A DNA stretch of 64,000 bases from an uncultured Gemmatimonadales bacterium (GCA_963821525.1 CAWGED010000005.1:196675-260674), one strand, 5' to 3'; positions 19,783 through 32,826 are shown, numbered from the stretch's first letter. Made by a program: numbers and translations. Notes: generated by a model from the sequence alone, not told the origin.

Positions 19783-20883
19783 TACGACAACACCCGTCGC
19801 TGCAGCCTCCCTTCCGGATGCTGGGCTGCTTCGGTCGCGAAGGGGAGATCACACGCGGCGCCGCCGGCACCGACCAGGACGCCGAAGACGTCCGCGGCCT
19901 CCACGTCGGGCACCTGTTGCAGCGCCAACGACAATCCGCGGCCGAGGCAGGCGAGATCCGCGTTCGCGGCACTCCAGCGCGAATCGGTTCCATCGGGACG
20001 CCGGGCTACGAGCAATGGCACCGGACTCGGATCCGAAGGGAGCCCATCGAGCACCGGGATGTCGAGCGCAGTGGAGAGTCGCCGCCAGCCTTCCCAATTG
20101 TCGGTCGAGATCAAGCAGGTGAAGCGCCATCCCTGTTCTCGAGTGAGTTGGGCGAAGGCGTCCAGCAACTGGCCTTCGGTCGGTGGCGCGACACTGGAGG
20201 TGGATGTGAGCGGCACCGCGCCCGTCTCCGCGAACCAGCGGCGGGGAAGAGGGATGTTGTCGGGACGCTGGCCGGGGAACGCGGCGTAGCGGCGGGTCAC
20301 CCTGACCTGGCGCTCCGCCTCGGCGCGTTGTTCGGGGAACTCTGCCGCCTCGGCGGCGCCCTCGAAAGAAACCTCGGCGGCGAGGTACCGTCCCGCCTGC
20401 CGAAGGACCTTCCCTCTGAGGTGAAGAGTTCCGCTATGGGGCTCCAGTGCGAAGGCACGGTCCAGTGCCATGAGGGCCCGGGAATACTCGCCCAGCCGGT
20501 ACGCTGCGTACCCTGCCTCATGCCATACGATGCCCAGATTGGGATCCCGTGGCAGCTGCCTCTTCCAGCGCGGCGAGCCCGTCGCGATAGCGTCCCAGCT
20601 CCACCAGCGCCGCACCCCGGAGCGCCGGGCCGAGCGCATCGTCGCCAAAGCGGCTCATCGCCTTCTCGCTCAAATCCAGCGCGTCTTCGAAGCGGCGGTG
20701 GTGTCGCAGCAACCCGAAGTACTCGAGCCAGGCCGCGCGCAGGTCGGGTTCCTGTTCCAATACGGTGCGGTAGGCGAGGTCGGCGTCGTGGGCCCGGCCC
20801 TCGTGCAGCAATCTCCGGGGACGGGAGAGAATGCGGTCGGAGTGCTCACCGCTGAAGACCCGGTACTGGCCAGTCGAGAACAT
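19782..20883 (-). CDS. TPR-repeat protein with uncharacterised C-terminal domain; frame broken near 20546-20553
   Basis: ORF 20518..20883 (TPR-like helices) continues as [37 protein letters not shown] in ORF 19782..20648. The stop shares one nt with the macro ATG (TAATG). Confidence 0.6.
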
Positions 20884-20974
20884 GAGCGCGAATGTATCCG
20901 GCCCGCGACCGAGCGCTAGAGGTCAATCGTCCCTCACTTTTCCCCCGTCCGATGACTCAGTAGTTTCCTCTCCC

Positions 20975-22342
20975 ATGCCAAACCATACCCTTGCCCGCTC
21001 GCACGATCTCCTGCTCGGCGAACTGACCGAGTTCCTGTCCATCCCCAGCATCAGCGCGCTCCCCAACCACGCCCCCGACTGTCGTAAGGCCGCTGAGTGG
21101 CTACTCGCTGATCTTCGGCGGCTGGGCTGCCCGGTCGCGACCCTCATCGAGGGAGACGGGCAGCCCGTGGTCTGGGCCGAAAGCCCGCCGGTCCCCGGCG
21201 CCCCGACGCTGCTGATCTACGGCCACTACGATGTCCAGCCGGTCGATCCTCTCGACGAATGGGTCACACCGCCATTCACGCCGACGGTTCGGGACGGCAA
21301 GCTGTACGCCCGCGGTTCCGCCGACGACAAAGGCCAGGTCTTCTGTCTTCTCAGGGCGTATGAGGCGCTCTGCGATACCACTGGCCACCCGCCCCTCAAC
21401 GTCCATTTCATCTTCGAGGGCGAGGAGGAGAGTGGGGGCCACGTCATCTACGACCTGCTCAAGCGGGAACCCGAGCGGACCAAGGCCGATGTCGTCCTGG
21501 TGTGTGACATGTCCTACTACGCCAGCGGGTATCCCGCGGTGTACACGGCGCTGCGCGGCATGTGCTACGCCGAGATATCGGTGCGCACTCTGCGGCGGGA
21601 CCTCCACTCGGGAACTTATGGCGGTGTCGCGCCCAACGCGGTCGAGACGCTGGTGCATCTGCTCCATGATTTGAAGAGCGAAGACGGGCGGATCCACATC
21701 CCCAAGCTCTACAAATCGGTGAAGCCGCCCTCAAAGCTGGAGCTGAGAACCTGGAAGCGGCTCCCGTTCAAGAAGAAGCAGTTCCTTCAGGAGGAGGTGA
21801 CCGGCAAGGGACTGACCGGCTTGAGGAAGTACTCGGTGTTCGAGCGCACCTGGGCGCTTCCCACCTTCGAAATTCACGGCATCAAGGGTGGATTCGTTGG
21901 CGATGGAGCAAAGACGGTGATTCCCGCTCAGGCGACCGCGAAGGTGAGTCTCCGGCTGGTCCCGGGGCTGAGCTTCGATGCGGTCCAGAAGTGGCTGACC
22001 CGTGCGGCGCAGCGCGCGGCTCCATCGTACGCCGAGGTCCAGGTCAAGATCCTGCACGGAGGGGATCCAGTTCAGGTGGACGTCAACCATCCGGCATTCG
22101 CGGCGCTCGACGAAGCGTTCAAGGAAGGCACCGGGCGAGAGGCGGTGCGGGTGCGGGCCGGCGGTTCGATTCCGATCGTGCCTCAACTGGGTGCCATGGG
22201 TGCGCCGGTCGTTCTCACCGGCATCGGGCTTCCCGATGACGGGCTGCACTCTCCCAATGAAAAACTGGATCTGCAGCAGCTGTGGGACGGGATCGGAATC
22301 TTTGCGAGCTTCATGGAGAAGCTGGCGCAACGCGGGACGTAA
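20975..22342 (+). CDS. M20 family dipeptidase
   Basis: LLIYGHYDVQPVDPLDEWVTPPF...LYARGSADDKGQ...IFEGEEESGG. Confidence 0.9.
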   Translation: MPNHTLARSHDLLLGELTEFLSIPSISALPNHAPDCRKAAEWLLADLRRLGCPVATLIEGDGQPVVWAESPPVPGAPTLLIYGHYDVQPVDPLDEWVTPPFTPTVRDGKLYARGSADDKGQVFCLLRAYEALCDTTGHPPLNVHFIFEGEEESGGHVIYDLLKREPERTKADVVLVCDMSYYASGYPAVYTALRGMCYAEISVRTLRRDLHSGTYGGVAPNAVETLVHLLHDLKSEDGRIHIPKLYKSVKPPSKLELRTWKRLPFKKKQFLQEEVTGKGLTGLRKYSVFERTWALPTFEIHGIKGGFVGDGAKTVIPAQATAKVSLRLVPGLSFDAVQKWLTRAAQRAAPSYAEVQVKILHGGDPVQVDVNHPAFAALDEAFKEGTGREAVRVRAGGSIPIVPQLGAMGAPVVLTGIGLPDDGLHSPNEKLDLQQLWDGIGIFASFMEKLAQRGT

Positions 22343-22493
22343 GAAGTAAGAAGTAGGACGTGAGTAGTACGCGACTGCGGACGTGATACGTGGACTAGGC
22401 AAAAGCAAGCCTCCGCGCAGTCGAGGCGGAGGCTTCTGTTTTGTCTCACGTCTCTCACTTCTCACTTCTTACTCCTTACTCCTACTCTTACTG
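22336..22493. repeat. 7-nt periodic inverted-repeat element E (GTAAGAA-type vs CTCAC/CTTAC-type) enclosing a terminator
   Basis: acgtaag aagtaag aagtagg acgtgag on the left; ctcacgt ctctcac ttctcac ttcttac tccttac tcctac on the right. The 17-mer 22338-22354 is identical to 38096-38112. Confidence 0.9.
22407..22444 (+). terminator. rho-independent terminator after the M20 peptidase gene
   Basis: AAGCCTCCGC (22407-22416) / GCGGAGGCTT (22426-22435), then CTGTTTTG. Confidence 0.75.
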
Positions 22494-23051
22494 CTCGTCC
22501 TCCTCCTGCACCACCCTCTTTCCTCCGGCGTACTGCGCCTCGGTCCGGGCATGCAGCTCGTCTACTCCGACAACCGCACGCACCGACGCCACGATTCCGG
22601 CCACGACGTCTTCCGACCAGTAGGGATCAGGCCGCTCTGAGGCAGGCAGGCCGGCCGCACACGATTCGAGAAACTGAATCGCCGTCGTGATCCACTCCGA
22701 CTGGGCGCTCGGCACCAGGGCCCAGGATCCCGTCGCTTTCAGCTCCAACTCGGTGAGTCCCGCGAGTTCCTTCTCGACTCCCGAGGTTACGGCGCTGGAG
22801 GAAAGGCGCTTGGCCACGAGAGAGAGCACGGTGCGACGCTCCGTTTCCTGCGGCTCGGGCAACGGTGCCAAATAGTGTCGTTGATCCGCCACCATCTCGC
22901 CCAGCCGGATGCATACCGCGCGCACCGCTGGTTGCAACGCAGGCGGAGCCTCCCGGGCCCAGCCTGCTGCAGCCTTCAGAATATCGTTCACCCGCTGGTC
23001 CGCCTGCGACTCCGGACTCGGCCGGTCTGTGCTTTCTGCCATAGGACTCAC
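22488..23051 (-). CDS. hypothetical protein
   Basis: 187-aa ORF with protein-like composition, immediately downstream of the Mo-enzyme gene. No motif recognised. Confidence 0.5.
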   Translation of the reverse strand: MSPMAESTDRPSPESQADQRVNDILKAAAGWAREAPPALQPAVRAVCIRLGEMVADQRHYLAPLPEPQETERRTVLSLVAKRLSSSAVTSGVEKELAGLTELELKATGSWALVPSAQSEWITTAIQFLESCAAGLPASERPDPYWSEDVVAGIVASVRAVVGVDELHARTEAQYAGGKRVVQEEDEQ

Positions 23052-23087
23052 AGAATCGCCCCAAGGCGCCCGAAAGGCAATGCCCCG

Positions 23088-23715
23088 TCACGATCTGGGG
23101 CCTCGCCGCATTCGCACCGGATCGGGTCGGCCGTATCGCTCTTCGGCCCAGGGCTCGCCGCGCTTGTGATAGCCGTTCTGCTCCCAGAATCCGGGGTAGT
23201 CTTCCTCGAGGAACTCGAACCCCGTCACCCATTTGGCGCTCTTCCACAAGTAGAGGTGCGGAATCAGCAGCCGAACCGGACCGCCGTGTTCCGGATCCAG
23301 ATCGCTTCCATTGTGAGTCAAGGCGAGGAGATTGGCCGGCCGATCGAGGTCGGAGAGGGGGAGATTCGTGGTGTACCCTTGTTCCGCATGCACGAGGACG
23401 AAGCGAGCCTCGGGCTTGACCTTCGCCCGCTGGATGATGGACTGGACCGGAATCCCGCCAAACACATTGTCGTAGCGGCTCCAGCGCGTCACGCAGTGAA
23501 TGTCGCAGACAGTTTCCTGACGGGGCAGCCCCATGTAGCTCGTCCCAGGTGAGCTCGAAGGGCTGTTCCACCGCTCCCCAGACGCGGAAGCGCCAGGTGG
23601 CGAGGTCAACCTTGGGTACTGTCCCGTAGTGAAGGACGGGCCACTTCACCGTGACAATCTGTCCCGGTGGAAGCCGTTTCCCTTCCTGGTTGCGGACGTC
23701 AACGCGATCGGTCAT
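23088..23715 (-). CDS. small sulfite-oxidase-like molybdopterin oxidoreductase (YuiH-like); frame broken near 23533-23545
   Basis: LPPGQIVTVKWPVLHYG...WRFRVWG...FELTWDEL, then (other frame) MGLPRQETVCDIHCVTRWSRYDN...GGPVRLLIPHLYLWKSAKWV. Confidence 0.75.
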
Positions 23716-23819
23716 TGCGGGCTCCGACTGAAGTAACCTGTGAACCAGTTCTTAACGCCGGCTGGCCTCGGTTGGTTCTCTCGATCGGAGGAACTATTGA
23801 AAGGCCGCTGTGGGCCGGC

Positions 23820-24549
23820 TCAGGCAGGAACGGCCGGAAGGAAGCGGGGCAGTGTCGCGGGGATCGCTTCTCGGCTCAGTATCTTCGCGACCTCCTGAAT
23901 CACCGACTCCCGAGTCGCCTGCCACAAATCGGCACCGTGCAGCCTCGTGTCTCCATCAGCCGCATCGGCCCAGGCGCCTTCCCGTTCGACGGAGGTCATC
24001 TCCACTCCGGCGTATCCCGCAGGGAATGATGAGATTGAAACCGGATTCCTCATCCAGGACATTCAACGCGAAGCCATGGGTTGTAACCCACTGCCGGACG
24101 TGAATGCCGATGCTCGCGATCTTCCGCCCTCCGGTCCAGACTCCGGTCAGCCCCGCTGTGCGCTCCGCGGTGATCCCCAATCTTTCGAGCGCTGAAATGA
24201 GGCCTGCCTCGAGCTGGCGCAGATACCAGTGCAGGTCCTGGCGATGGTGGTGGAGATCGAGAATCGGATAGCCGACCAACTGCCCGGGGCCGTGGTAGGT
24301 CACATCGCCACCCCGCTCCACTTCCGCCACCTCCAGCCCCTTCGCAGCCAGTGCCGCCGGAGAGAAGGGAAGGCTGCTTTCGCGGGTGCCGCGACCGAGG
24401 GTCACGACGGGATCATGCTGCACCAGCAGCAAGATGTCATCGCTGATCTCGCCGGCGATACGGCGATCGGCAAGGTCCCGCTGCAACCGGTGAACCTCGT
24501 CGTAGCCCCGACGGCCGAGGTCGATCACGTAGAGCGGAGGATTACTCAT
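23820..24549 (-). CDS. lipB: lipoyl(octanoyl) transferase; frame broken near 24008-24020
   Basis: LLLVQHDPVVTLGRG...ERGGDVTYHGPGQLVGYPI...GVW...KIASIGIHV..WVTTHGFALNV...IIPCGI. The C-terminus AGVEMTSVERE lies in ORF 23820..24062. Confidence 0.9.
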
Positions 24550-24968
24550 TGGGGGCGTGGCTGTCGGGCGCGACCAAGCCAGAGGCAGGCTAGAACCGCC
24601 GCGGCGGCCAGAGCGAGGAGACCCATGCGCCCGAAGGCGCGGTCGAGCGGCATCGCGATGAGAGCGGCGACGAGCGACGCGAATCCGGCCACGAGCGAGA
24701 ATGCCCCCCGCCGGTACAGCGATTCGACCGGCCTCAGCAGCGACCAGGTCGCGGCACCGCCCGCGAGCACACCGGCCAAGGTTCCAATCAACAGGAGCAT
24801 GGCCTGGGGACCGCCGGTCTCAGGCGAGGTCGTAGGGGGAGACTGCAGTTGCAGGGTGCGCACGAGCCACAGGACCATCGCGATGACTGCCGTGCCGAAC
24901 AGCACCCCGAAGGGGAGAGCGCGGAGCACAAGGCCGAGCTGGTGCGCCTCCTCGTCTTCGTTCAGCAA
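24546..24968 (-). CDS. hypothetical membrane protein (4 predicted TM helices)
   Basis: Hydrophobic segments throughout. Overlaps the lipB start by 4 nt. Confidence 0.55.
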   Translation of the reverse strand: MLNEDEEAHQLGLVLRALPFGVLFGTAVIAMVLWLVRTLQLQSPPTTSPETGGPQAMLLLIGTLAGVLAGGAATWSLLRPVESLYRRGAFSLVAGFASLVAALIAMPLDRAFGRMGLLALAAAAVLACLWLGRARQPRPQ

Positions 24969-24983
24969 TTAGCCTTCCCGTTC

Positions 24984-25096
24984 GATTGAAGATTGAAGAT
25001 TTCAGATTGAAGATTAAATGCGTTTCCGCTGGACCTTGGCGATGGCAGATTCGAAACTGAAACAATCTGCAATCTGAAATCTTCAATCTGAAATCC
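24984..25096. repeat. 7-nt periodic inverted-repeat element F (GATTGAA-type vs AATCTGA-type)
   Basis: gattgaa gattgaa gatttca gattgaa gattaaa ... aatctgc aatctga aatcttc aatctga aatcctc. Shares CAATCTGCAATC (25063-25074) with element J. Confidence 0.9.
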
Positions 25097-26492
25097 TCAG
25101 ATGTGCAGCACCCGGCCCATCGAATCGAGCGCTGCCTCGGCGATCGCCTCGGAGAGTGTCGGGTGGGCATGGATCGCCAGATCCACTTCCTCGACGGTGT
25201 ATTCGTTCTCCCGGGCCACGGCGAGTTCATGGATCATCTCTGATGCGTGAGACGCCACGATATGGGCTCCGAGGATCTCGCCGTACTTCTTATCGCGAAT
25301 GATTTTTACGAAGCCTTCTGTCTCGTTCGACGCGCGGGCTCTTCCGTTGGCGCTGAAGGGGAACCGGCCTACCTGGTAGTCAAGCTTCTTTTCCTTGCAC
25401 TGATCCTCGGTCAGCCCGATGCTGGCGACTTCCGGATGGCAATAGGTTACGCTGGGCACATTGTCGTAGCGGATCGGATGGGGCTTGTGGCCCGCGAGCA
25501 GCTCGGCCACGAACACCCCCTCACGGCTCCCCTTGTGGGCCAGCATGGGAGGCCCGGCCACGTCGCCGATGCAATAGACCCCGGGCGCGGTCGTCTCGAG
25601 AGTCGCAAGGTTGACCTTGACGAACCCCCGCTGGTCCAACTGCACTCCCGCTTCCTTGAATCCCATGTTTTCCGTGTTCACCGCGCGACCCGCGGCCATG
25701 AGCACCTTCTCCGCCTGCACCGTTTCGGTCTTGCCGCCCACTTCAACCGTCAGCGTCACCTTGTCCTTGCTCGACCTGGGCCTTGGTGACCTTGGCACCC
25801 GCGAACACATCCATCTTCCGCTTCCGGAAGCTTTTGCTGATCACATCCGATGATTCGGCGTCCTCCAGCGGAAGGATCCGAGGCAGCGCCTCGATGAGCG
25901 TGACCTTCGACCCGAAGGCGTTGAAGATGTCGGCAAACTCGCAACCGACCGCTCCTGCTCCGATCACCGCGACCGAGGCCGGCAGTTTCTCCAGGAAGAG
26001 CGCCTCATCGGAGCTGATGACCGTCGTCTTGTTGATCTCGAGCCCGATCTGCGGAATGCCCTTCACTCGCGAGCCGGTCGCGATGATGACCGCCTTCTTG
26101 GCTTCGTGGGTCTCCCCGCCGACCTTCACTTTTTTCCCCGGAAGCAGGCTCCCCTCACCCTTCAACACCGTCACCTTGTGCTTCTTCATCAGGAACTCGA
26201 CGCCCTTCGAGTTCTGCTCGGCGACTCGCCGCGACCGCTTCATCGCGACCCCGTAATCGGTCTTCACGCTGCCGACTTCGATGCCGAGGTCCTTCGCGTC
26301 GTGGGCGATGAGATTGGCCGTGTATGCGCTGTGAAGCAGCGCCTTGGTCGGGATACACCCGATATTGACGCACACCCCACCGAGTTTGTCTTTCTCCACG
26401 ACGGCGGTGGCGAGCCCAAGCTGTGCGCACCGGATGGCGCAGACGTAGCCTGCAGGGCCACCGCCGAGGATGATCACATCAAACTGGGCCAC
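25097..26492 (-). CDS. lpd: dihydrolipoyl dehydrogenase (E3); frame broken near 25765-25775
   Basis: FDVIILGGGPAGYVCAIRCAQLG, GGVCVNIGCIPTK redox disulfide, C-terminal HAHPTLSE. Confidence 0.95.
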
Positions 26493-26514
26493 ACTACCTC
26501 CAGAGGTCGTTGTC

Positions 26515-27835
<1,321 letters not shown>

Positions 27836-27882
27836 GCAGGTCCGAATTACCGTAACCGAGATGCTCAGTCTTACGGCCTGGC

Positions 27883-28866
27883 TTATGGCCCTGTATATGT
27901 CACCTTCCGCACCGCCGCCACCACCTTATCCGCATCCACTTTGGCCGCCTTCTCCAGCCGCTTGTTGTACGGCATGGGAACATCGGCGCCGGTGACTCGC
28001 AGTACCGGGGCATCCAACTCGTCGAATACCTCGCGCTGGATCTCGTCCACTACCTGCGCCCCGACGCCGGCGAAGGGCCACCCTTCCTCGACTACGACGC
28101 AGCGGTGGGTCTTTCCGACCGACTCGAAGATGGCCGCCGTATCCAGCGGTCTGATGGTGCGAAGGTCGATGACTTCGGCCGAGATTCCGTCCGCTTCGAG
28201 CTGCTGCGCTGCCTTGAGTGCGATGGCGACCGTCTTCGCGTGGCAGACGAGCGTCACGTGCTCGCCGGGACGTTTGATGTCCGCGACCCCGATCGGAAGC
28301 GTGTACTCTCCTTCTGGCACTTCACCCTTCACGTTGTAGAGCATCTCGCCTTCCATGAACACGATCGGGTCGTCATCCCGGATCGCGCTCTTGAGCAGGC
28401 CCTTTGCGTCGGCCGGTGTCGCCGGCATCACGACCTTCAAGCCGGGGATATTGGCGTACATGCTCTCGAACGACTGCGAGTGTTGCGAGGCGAGCTGCAG
28501 TGCGGCGCCTGACGGGCCGCGGAAGACGATCGGAACTCCGACCTGCCCGCCGGACATGTAGCGCATCTTGGCCGCGGAATTCACCAGCTGGTCGATTGCG
28601 AGCAACGCGAAGTTCCAGGTCATGAACTCGATGATCGGTCGCAGGCCAACCATCGCCGCCCCGACCCCGACTCCGGCGAATCCCAGCTCGGTGATCGGCG
28701 TATCCACGACCCGGTTGGGGCCGAACTCCTCCAGCAGGCCGCGGCTCACCTTGTAAGCGCCCTGGTAGACCCCGACCTCCTCGCCCATGAGGAAGACATC
28801 GGGATCCCGTTGCATCTCCTCGCGGAGAGCCTGGTTGAGGGCGTCCCTGTATGTCAGTGTCGGCAT
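27883..28866 (-). CDS. pdhB: pyruvate dehydrogenase E1 component subunit beta
   Basis: [18 protein letters not shown]...[20 protein letters not shown]. The longer track ORF 27883..29214 reads through repeat H and is rejected. Confidence 0.9.
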   Translation of the reverse strand: MPTLTYRDALNQALREEMQRDPDVFLMGEEVGVYQGAYKVSRGLLEEFGPNRVVDTPITELGFAGVGVGAAMVGLRPIIEFMTWNFALLAIDQLVNSAAKMRYMSGGQVGVPIVFRGPSGAALQLASQHSQSFESMYANIPGLKVVMPATPADAKGLLKSAIRDDDPIVFMEGEMLYNVKGEVPEGEYTLPIGVADIKRPGEHVTLVCHAKTVAIALKAAQQLEADGISAEVIDLRTIRPLDTAAIFESVGKTHRCVVVEEGWPFAGVGAQVVDEIQREVFDELDAPVLRVTGADVPMPYNKRLEKAAKVDADKVVAAVRKVTYTGP

Positions 28867-28880
28867 GGTCTCGATTTCGC

Positions 28881-28958
28881 AGGTAGTGGGTTGTAGGTGG
28901 TAGGGAGTAGGTGCGGCATCCCCACTCCCTACTCCCCACTCCCTACTCCCTACTCCCT
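28881..28958. repeat. 7-nt periodic inverted-repeat element H (GTAGNNN vs CCCYACT), intercistronic pdhA-pdhB
   Basis: gtagtgg gttgtag gtggtag ggagtag gtgcggc | atcccca ctcccta ctcccca ctcccta ctcccta ctccctg. Confidence 0.9.
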
Positions 28959-29966
28959 GTTTTAACCGGCGCATACACATCCGTATACAACTCCTCCGGC
29001 TCCGGATCCTCCGCCGCATCCGCGAAGTCATAGGCATCCTGTACCTCTGCCACGACTTCCTTGTCCATCGCGGCGATCTGCTCGTCGGTGATGATGCCGT
29101 CGGCCTTGAGCTTCTCCTGCCAGAGCAGGATCGGATCCCGCTTGCGGTGCGCCTCCACCTCTTCCTTGGTCCGGTAGTGCCCGTGGATCGGGTCGGACAT
29201 CGAGTGCCCGACAAATCGGTAGGTCCTGATCTCGAGAAGCGTCGGTGCTGCAGGTCGGCGGGCCCGGACCACTGCGCGGTCCATTGCGGCCATCACTTCC
29301 AGCAGATCCTGCCCGTCCACCACCTCTCGTGACATGTCGTACGAAGCGGCGCGCTCGGAGATGTTCCAGGTGGCGGTCGCCCGGTCGAGCGCGGTGCCCA
29401 TCCCGTAGCCGGTTGTTCTCGCAGATGAAGATGCAGGGCAGCTTCCAGATCCCCGCCATGTTCAGCGCCTCATGGAAGGCGCCGTTGTTGATCGCCGCCT
29501 CTCCGAAGAAACAGACCGCGACCTGATCTTTCTCGCGGTACTTGATGGCGAAGCCGATTCCCGCGGCGAGCGGAATATGCCCGCCGACGATTCCGTGTCC
29601 TCCAAGGAAGCCGAGAGAGGCGTCGAACAGGTGCATCGACCCGCCCTTGCCCTTCGAACACCCCGCCGCCTTGCCGAATAACTCGGCCATCACCGCGCGG
29701 GAGGATATCCCCCGCACCAGGGCCTGACCGTGGTCGCGATAGGTGGTGACGATGTAGTCGTCGGGTCGCAGCTGAGACAGGCAGCCGACTCCCACCGCTT
29801 CCTGGCCGATGTAGAGGTGACAGAACCCGCCGATCTTCCCCAGGCTGTACGCCTCGCCGGCCTTCTCCTCGAAGCGCCTGATGAGCAGCATCTGGCGGAG
29901 ATACAGCCGGTACTTCTCGGCGAGCTTGGTGTCGGGCTTGCGCGAGGCCTTGGTGGAAGCGGTCAT
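28943..29966 (-). CDS. pdhA: pyruvate dehydrogenase E1 component subunit alpha; frame broken near 29404-29412
   Basis: [29 protein letters not shown]...GKGGSMH...ICENN in ORF 29028..29966. Then [10 protein letters not shown]...[11 protein letters not shown] in ORF 28943..29401. Confidence 0.9.
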
Positions 29967-30925
29967 GGTGTCAGAGCGGCCGAGCTAGCCGCCGAGCCGT
30001 CCTGTCGCCGAGCCGCCGCATCTGCCTGCTCCCAGGCGTGGTAGGACGACCGAGTCAGCGGGCTCGACTGAACGTGGGTGAATCCCAGATCCATTCCGAT
30101 GTCTCGCAGCTCGTCGAATTCGGCCGGCGTGTAGTAACGGGCGATCGGCAGGTGAGCGGCGGAAGGCCGGAGATACTGGCCCAGCGTGAGAATATTCACG
30201 TCCTTGCGTCGCAGGTCCCGCATGCAGGTCACGATCTCGTCCCACTCCTCACCCATGCCGAGGATTACTCCCGACTTGGTCAGTCCTTCCGGGGCCATGC
30301 GGCGAGCCGCACCGAGAAGGTTCAGGGCGCGGTCGTAGCGTCCGCCCGGACGGGCCAGGCGGTACAGCCGCTCGCAGGTTTCCAGGTTGTGATTGAAGAT
30401 GTCAGGCTTGGCCTCGAGCACGATGGCCAGCGCCGTCTCCGAACCCTTGAAATCCGGCGTCAGCACCTCGACCGTGGTTTCCGGCAAGCGCTGGTGGATT
30501 TCCGAGATGCACGCCGCAAATGCCTCGGCGCCACCGTTGGGGAGGTCGTCCCGGTCTACCGATGTGATGACCACGTGGCGCAGGCCCATCTCCGCCACGG
30601 CCTCAGCCAGTCGCACCGGCTCGAGCGGGTCGTAGGGTGCCGGAGTACCGTGCGAAACCGCGCAGTACGCGCAGTTCCTGGTGCACACGTCGCCCAGGAT
30701 CATGAAGGTGGCGGCTTTGTGCTCCCAGCACTCGCCGATGTTGGGACAGCGAGCCTCTTCGCAGACCGTGTGAAGCCCGAGGTCTCGCATCAATTGCTGG
30801 ATTTGCAGGTAGGTTGGTCCGCCCGGAGCCTTCACCTTGAGCCAAGCGGGCTTCCGGGGCGGTGGATTGGCAGGGACTGAGGTCAGCTCGTTGCTGCGAG
30901 TGAGCTGGACCAGCGGGAGAACCAT
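29963..30925 (-). CDS. lipA: lipoyl synthase
   Basis: [13 protein letters not shown] and [10 protein letters not shown] cluster motifs. Confidence 0.95.
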   Translation of the reverse strand: MVLPLVQLTRSNELTSVPANPPPRKPAWLKVKAPGGPTYLQIQQLMRDLGLHTVCEEARCPNIGECWEHKAATFMILGDVCTRNCAYCAVSHGTPAPYDPLEPVRLAEAVAEMGLRHVVITSVDRDDLPNGGAEAFAACISEIHQRLPETTVEVLTPDFKGSETALAIVLEAKPDIFNHNLETCERLYRLARPGGRYDRALNLLGAARRMAPEGLTKSGVILGMGEEWDEIVTCMRDLRRKDVNILTLGQYLRPSAAHLPIARYYTPAEFDELRDIGMDLGFTHVQSSPLTRSSYHAWEQADAAARRQDGSAASSAALTP

Positions 30926-31045
30926 ATGGTCTCCAGACCTCTAAACGAGGAGAGCCGGAATACTTACCGGGGATGCAAGCTAGTGCGACCGGTCGGAGGG
31001 GGCCATGGGCAAAAGGGGCATTTTCAACCGAATGGATGAAATTAT

Positions 31046-31501
31046 CTACATCCCGGCAGGGGCCTCCTTACAGCGGTCCATAAGAGTGGCAGCATCCGTC
31101 CTTACCGTCGACGTGGCGTGAGCCTCGACCGTGGTAATACCGCGTTCGGTCTGGTACTCGTCAAACGTGCTCGCCTTGACAGTGAGATCGGAGCCAAGCG
31201 TGGTACCGGTCGCAGCCTGGAGCTCGATTTGATCGTAATGGCGGCGGAATTTCACGTTCGACTCCCGGTAGGTGCTGTCGTTCTTCTGCCCCATGACCCG
31301 ACGCGCATCGTCATCGTGGACAATCTGCTTGTACCCCATCGATTTGAGCTGTTGCTGGGCACAGGTGTACGCGTCGTCTCTCGCCAGACTGGAAGACGCG
31401 GCGCCGGTGCTGTACAGGGTTCCGCCGCCGCATGCGGCGAGAACAAGAGCGATACTCAGACTGGAGGTGATCCCGACTCCGACTCGCAGGGACATTTTCA
31501 C
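31046..31501 (-). CDS. lipoprotein of unknown function
   Basis: Lipobox LVLAAC|GG. 151 aa. Confidence 0.55.
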   Translation of the reverse strand: MKMSLRVGVGITSSLSIALVLAACGGGTLYSTGAASSSLARDDAYTCAQQQLKSMGYKQIVHDDDARRVMGQKNDSTYRESNVKFRRHYDQIELQAATGTTLGSDLTVKASTFDEYQTERGITTVEAHATSTVRTDAATLMDRCKEAPAGM

Positions 31502-31573
31502 AACGCTCCGACGTGGAATTGAAGAGGATGGTGTGGCGGAATAGTAATCGGTTGCGCCTCAGGACAGAGAGGG

Positions 31574-31610
31574 CAGGAAAACCAACGGCCCCCCATGACG
31601 GGGGGCCGTT
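31574..31610 (-). terminator. rho-independent terminator after the porin gene
   Basis: AACGGCCCCCC / GGGGGGCCGTT, an 11-bp stem (31584-31610). On the minus strand it is followed by GGTTTTCC. Confidence 0.7.
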
Positions 31611-31646
31611 GTTAGCACCGAATGAACCGCTGAAGCGCTGCCGGGC

Positions 31647-32826
31647 CTAGTAGAACAGCATGAAACCAAACGCGCCGGTGAAGGCCTTGTTTTGCTCTAC
31701 GTTGTTCTCGGTGTCGTCGGATATCATGTAGTTGCCTTCAACGACGATCTTCAGAGACTTGGTAGCCTGGTGGTAAAGGCCGCCGGAGATCAGGCTGTTG
31801 CTGGTCTTGAAGTCGGGCTCGCCGTCGGTGCTCTGGAGCATGCTGGTGCCGTAGCTGGCCGCCAGGGTGTTCTTCTCGCCCAAGCCGATCGTCGCCTGAG
31901 CAAAGCCGCCGTAGGAGTCGCGCAGCTCGCCATCGGCTCCGACGCCCAATCCGCCCAGGGCCGGGCCAACGCCAGAGAAATAAGGGTGGTGCCGATGCCC
32001 TTGCCCCAGTAGCCGGTTCCGGTGAGCGAGAACTTGCCGTTCTCCGTCTTGAAGGTGAGGCCGCCGCCTACGCCCGTGGCAGTCTTGGACTGATCAGCCA
32101 CCGGGTCCTTGGCGTTCTGGGCCGTTCCGTTGATGAACAGGTTGATGTTCTTGCCCTTCCACGTGAACTCGCCTTCCAGCCGCGGGAGATCGGTCTGGGT
32201 GTAGTTGCCGTCGAGCGCGGAAGGATCCATCAGGCCGATGCTCAACTGGGTGGGTCTGCCACTCTTCGTCGAGTAGGTGATCTGGCCCACGAAGTTGGCA
32301 TAGGGATACCCATAGCCGATACGGCCCAGCGTGGTGCCGCTCGGGGCGATGCCACCGCCACCGACGCCGAACAGGGTCTGGTCCGCCAGGATGTTCCCGC
32401 GGGCGAACAGGCCCAGTTCCTTACCGGCCAGGATCTGGCCCCAGCCCCCGCCGACGGTCAGGAACACCTGACGCATATCGATCTGGGCGCCGAAGCAGTC
32501 GTGGATGCCGCCACCGCACTGCACTTCGGGCGCGAAGCCGAAGTGGACGCCGAGGTCAGTATTGCCCTCTTTGCCCTTGGCTTCAAACGTCGCGAACGCA
32601 GGCAGCAGGCCGGTGCCGTAGTAGAAGCCCTGGCCTCCCACGCCGGTCAGGGTTCCCGGGGAATCGGTTGTGCCGCCATCTTCTGGCTCTGGTACTGCGC
32701 GAAGATGTTGACGTTCCCCGCGAACGAGAACGTCCAGCCGTTACTCATCTGCATGGTCAGCTGCGCGTTGGCGGTACTCGCCGCGGCTAGCAGCAGACCG
32801 CCCAACAACAGTGCGGAACGCTTCAT
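31647..32826 (-). CDS. outer-membrane porin; frame breaks near 31972-31985 and 32640-32660
   Basis: Signal peptide MKRSALLLGGLLLAAASTANAQ. Three collinear ORFs (32647..32904, 31790..32641, 31647..31949) with beta-strand pattern and C-terminal GFMLFY. Confidence 0.7.

Noticed and set aside
27883-29214. 443-aa ORF suggesting a fused or extended E1 beta
   Set aside because: The N-terminal extension is an off-frame read of pdhA plus a read-through of heptamer element H ([12 protein letters not shown]...). The canonical PdhB start [10 protein letters not shown] is at 28866.
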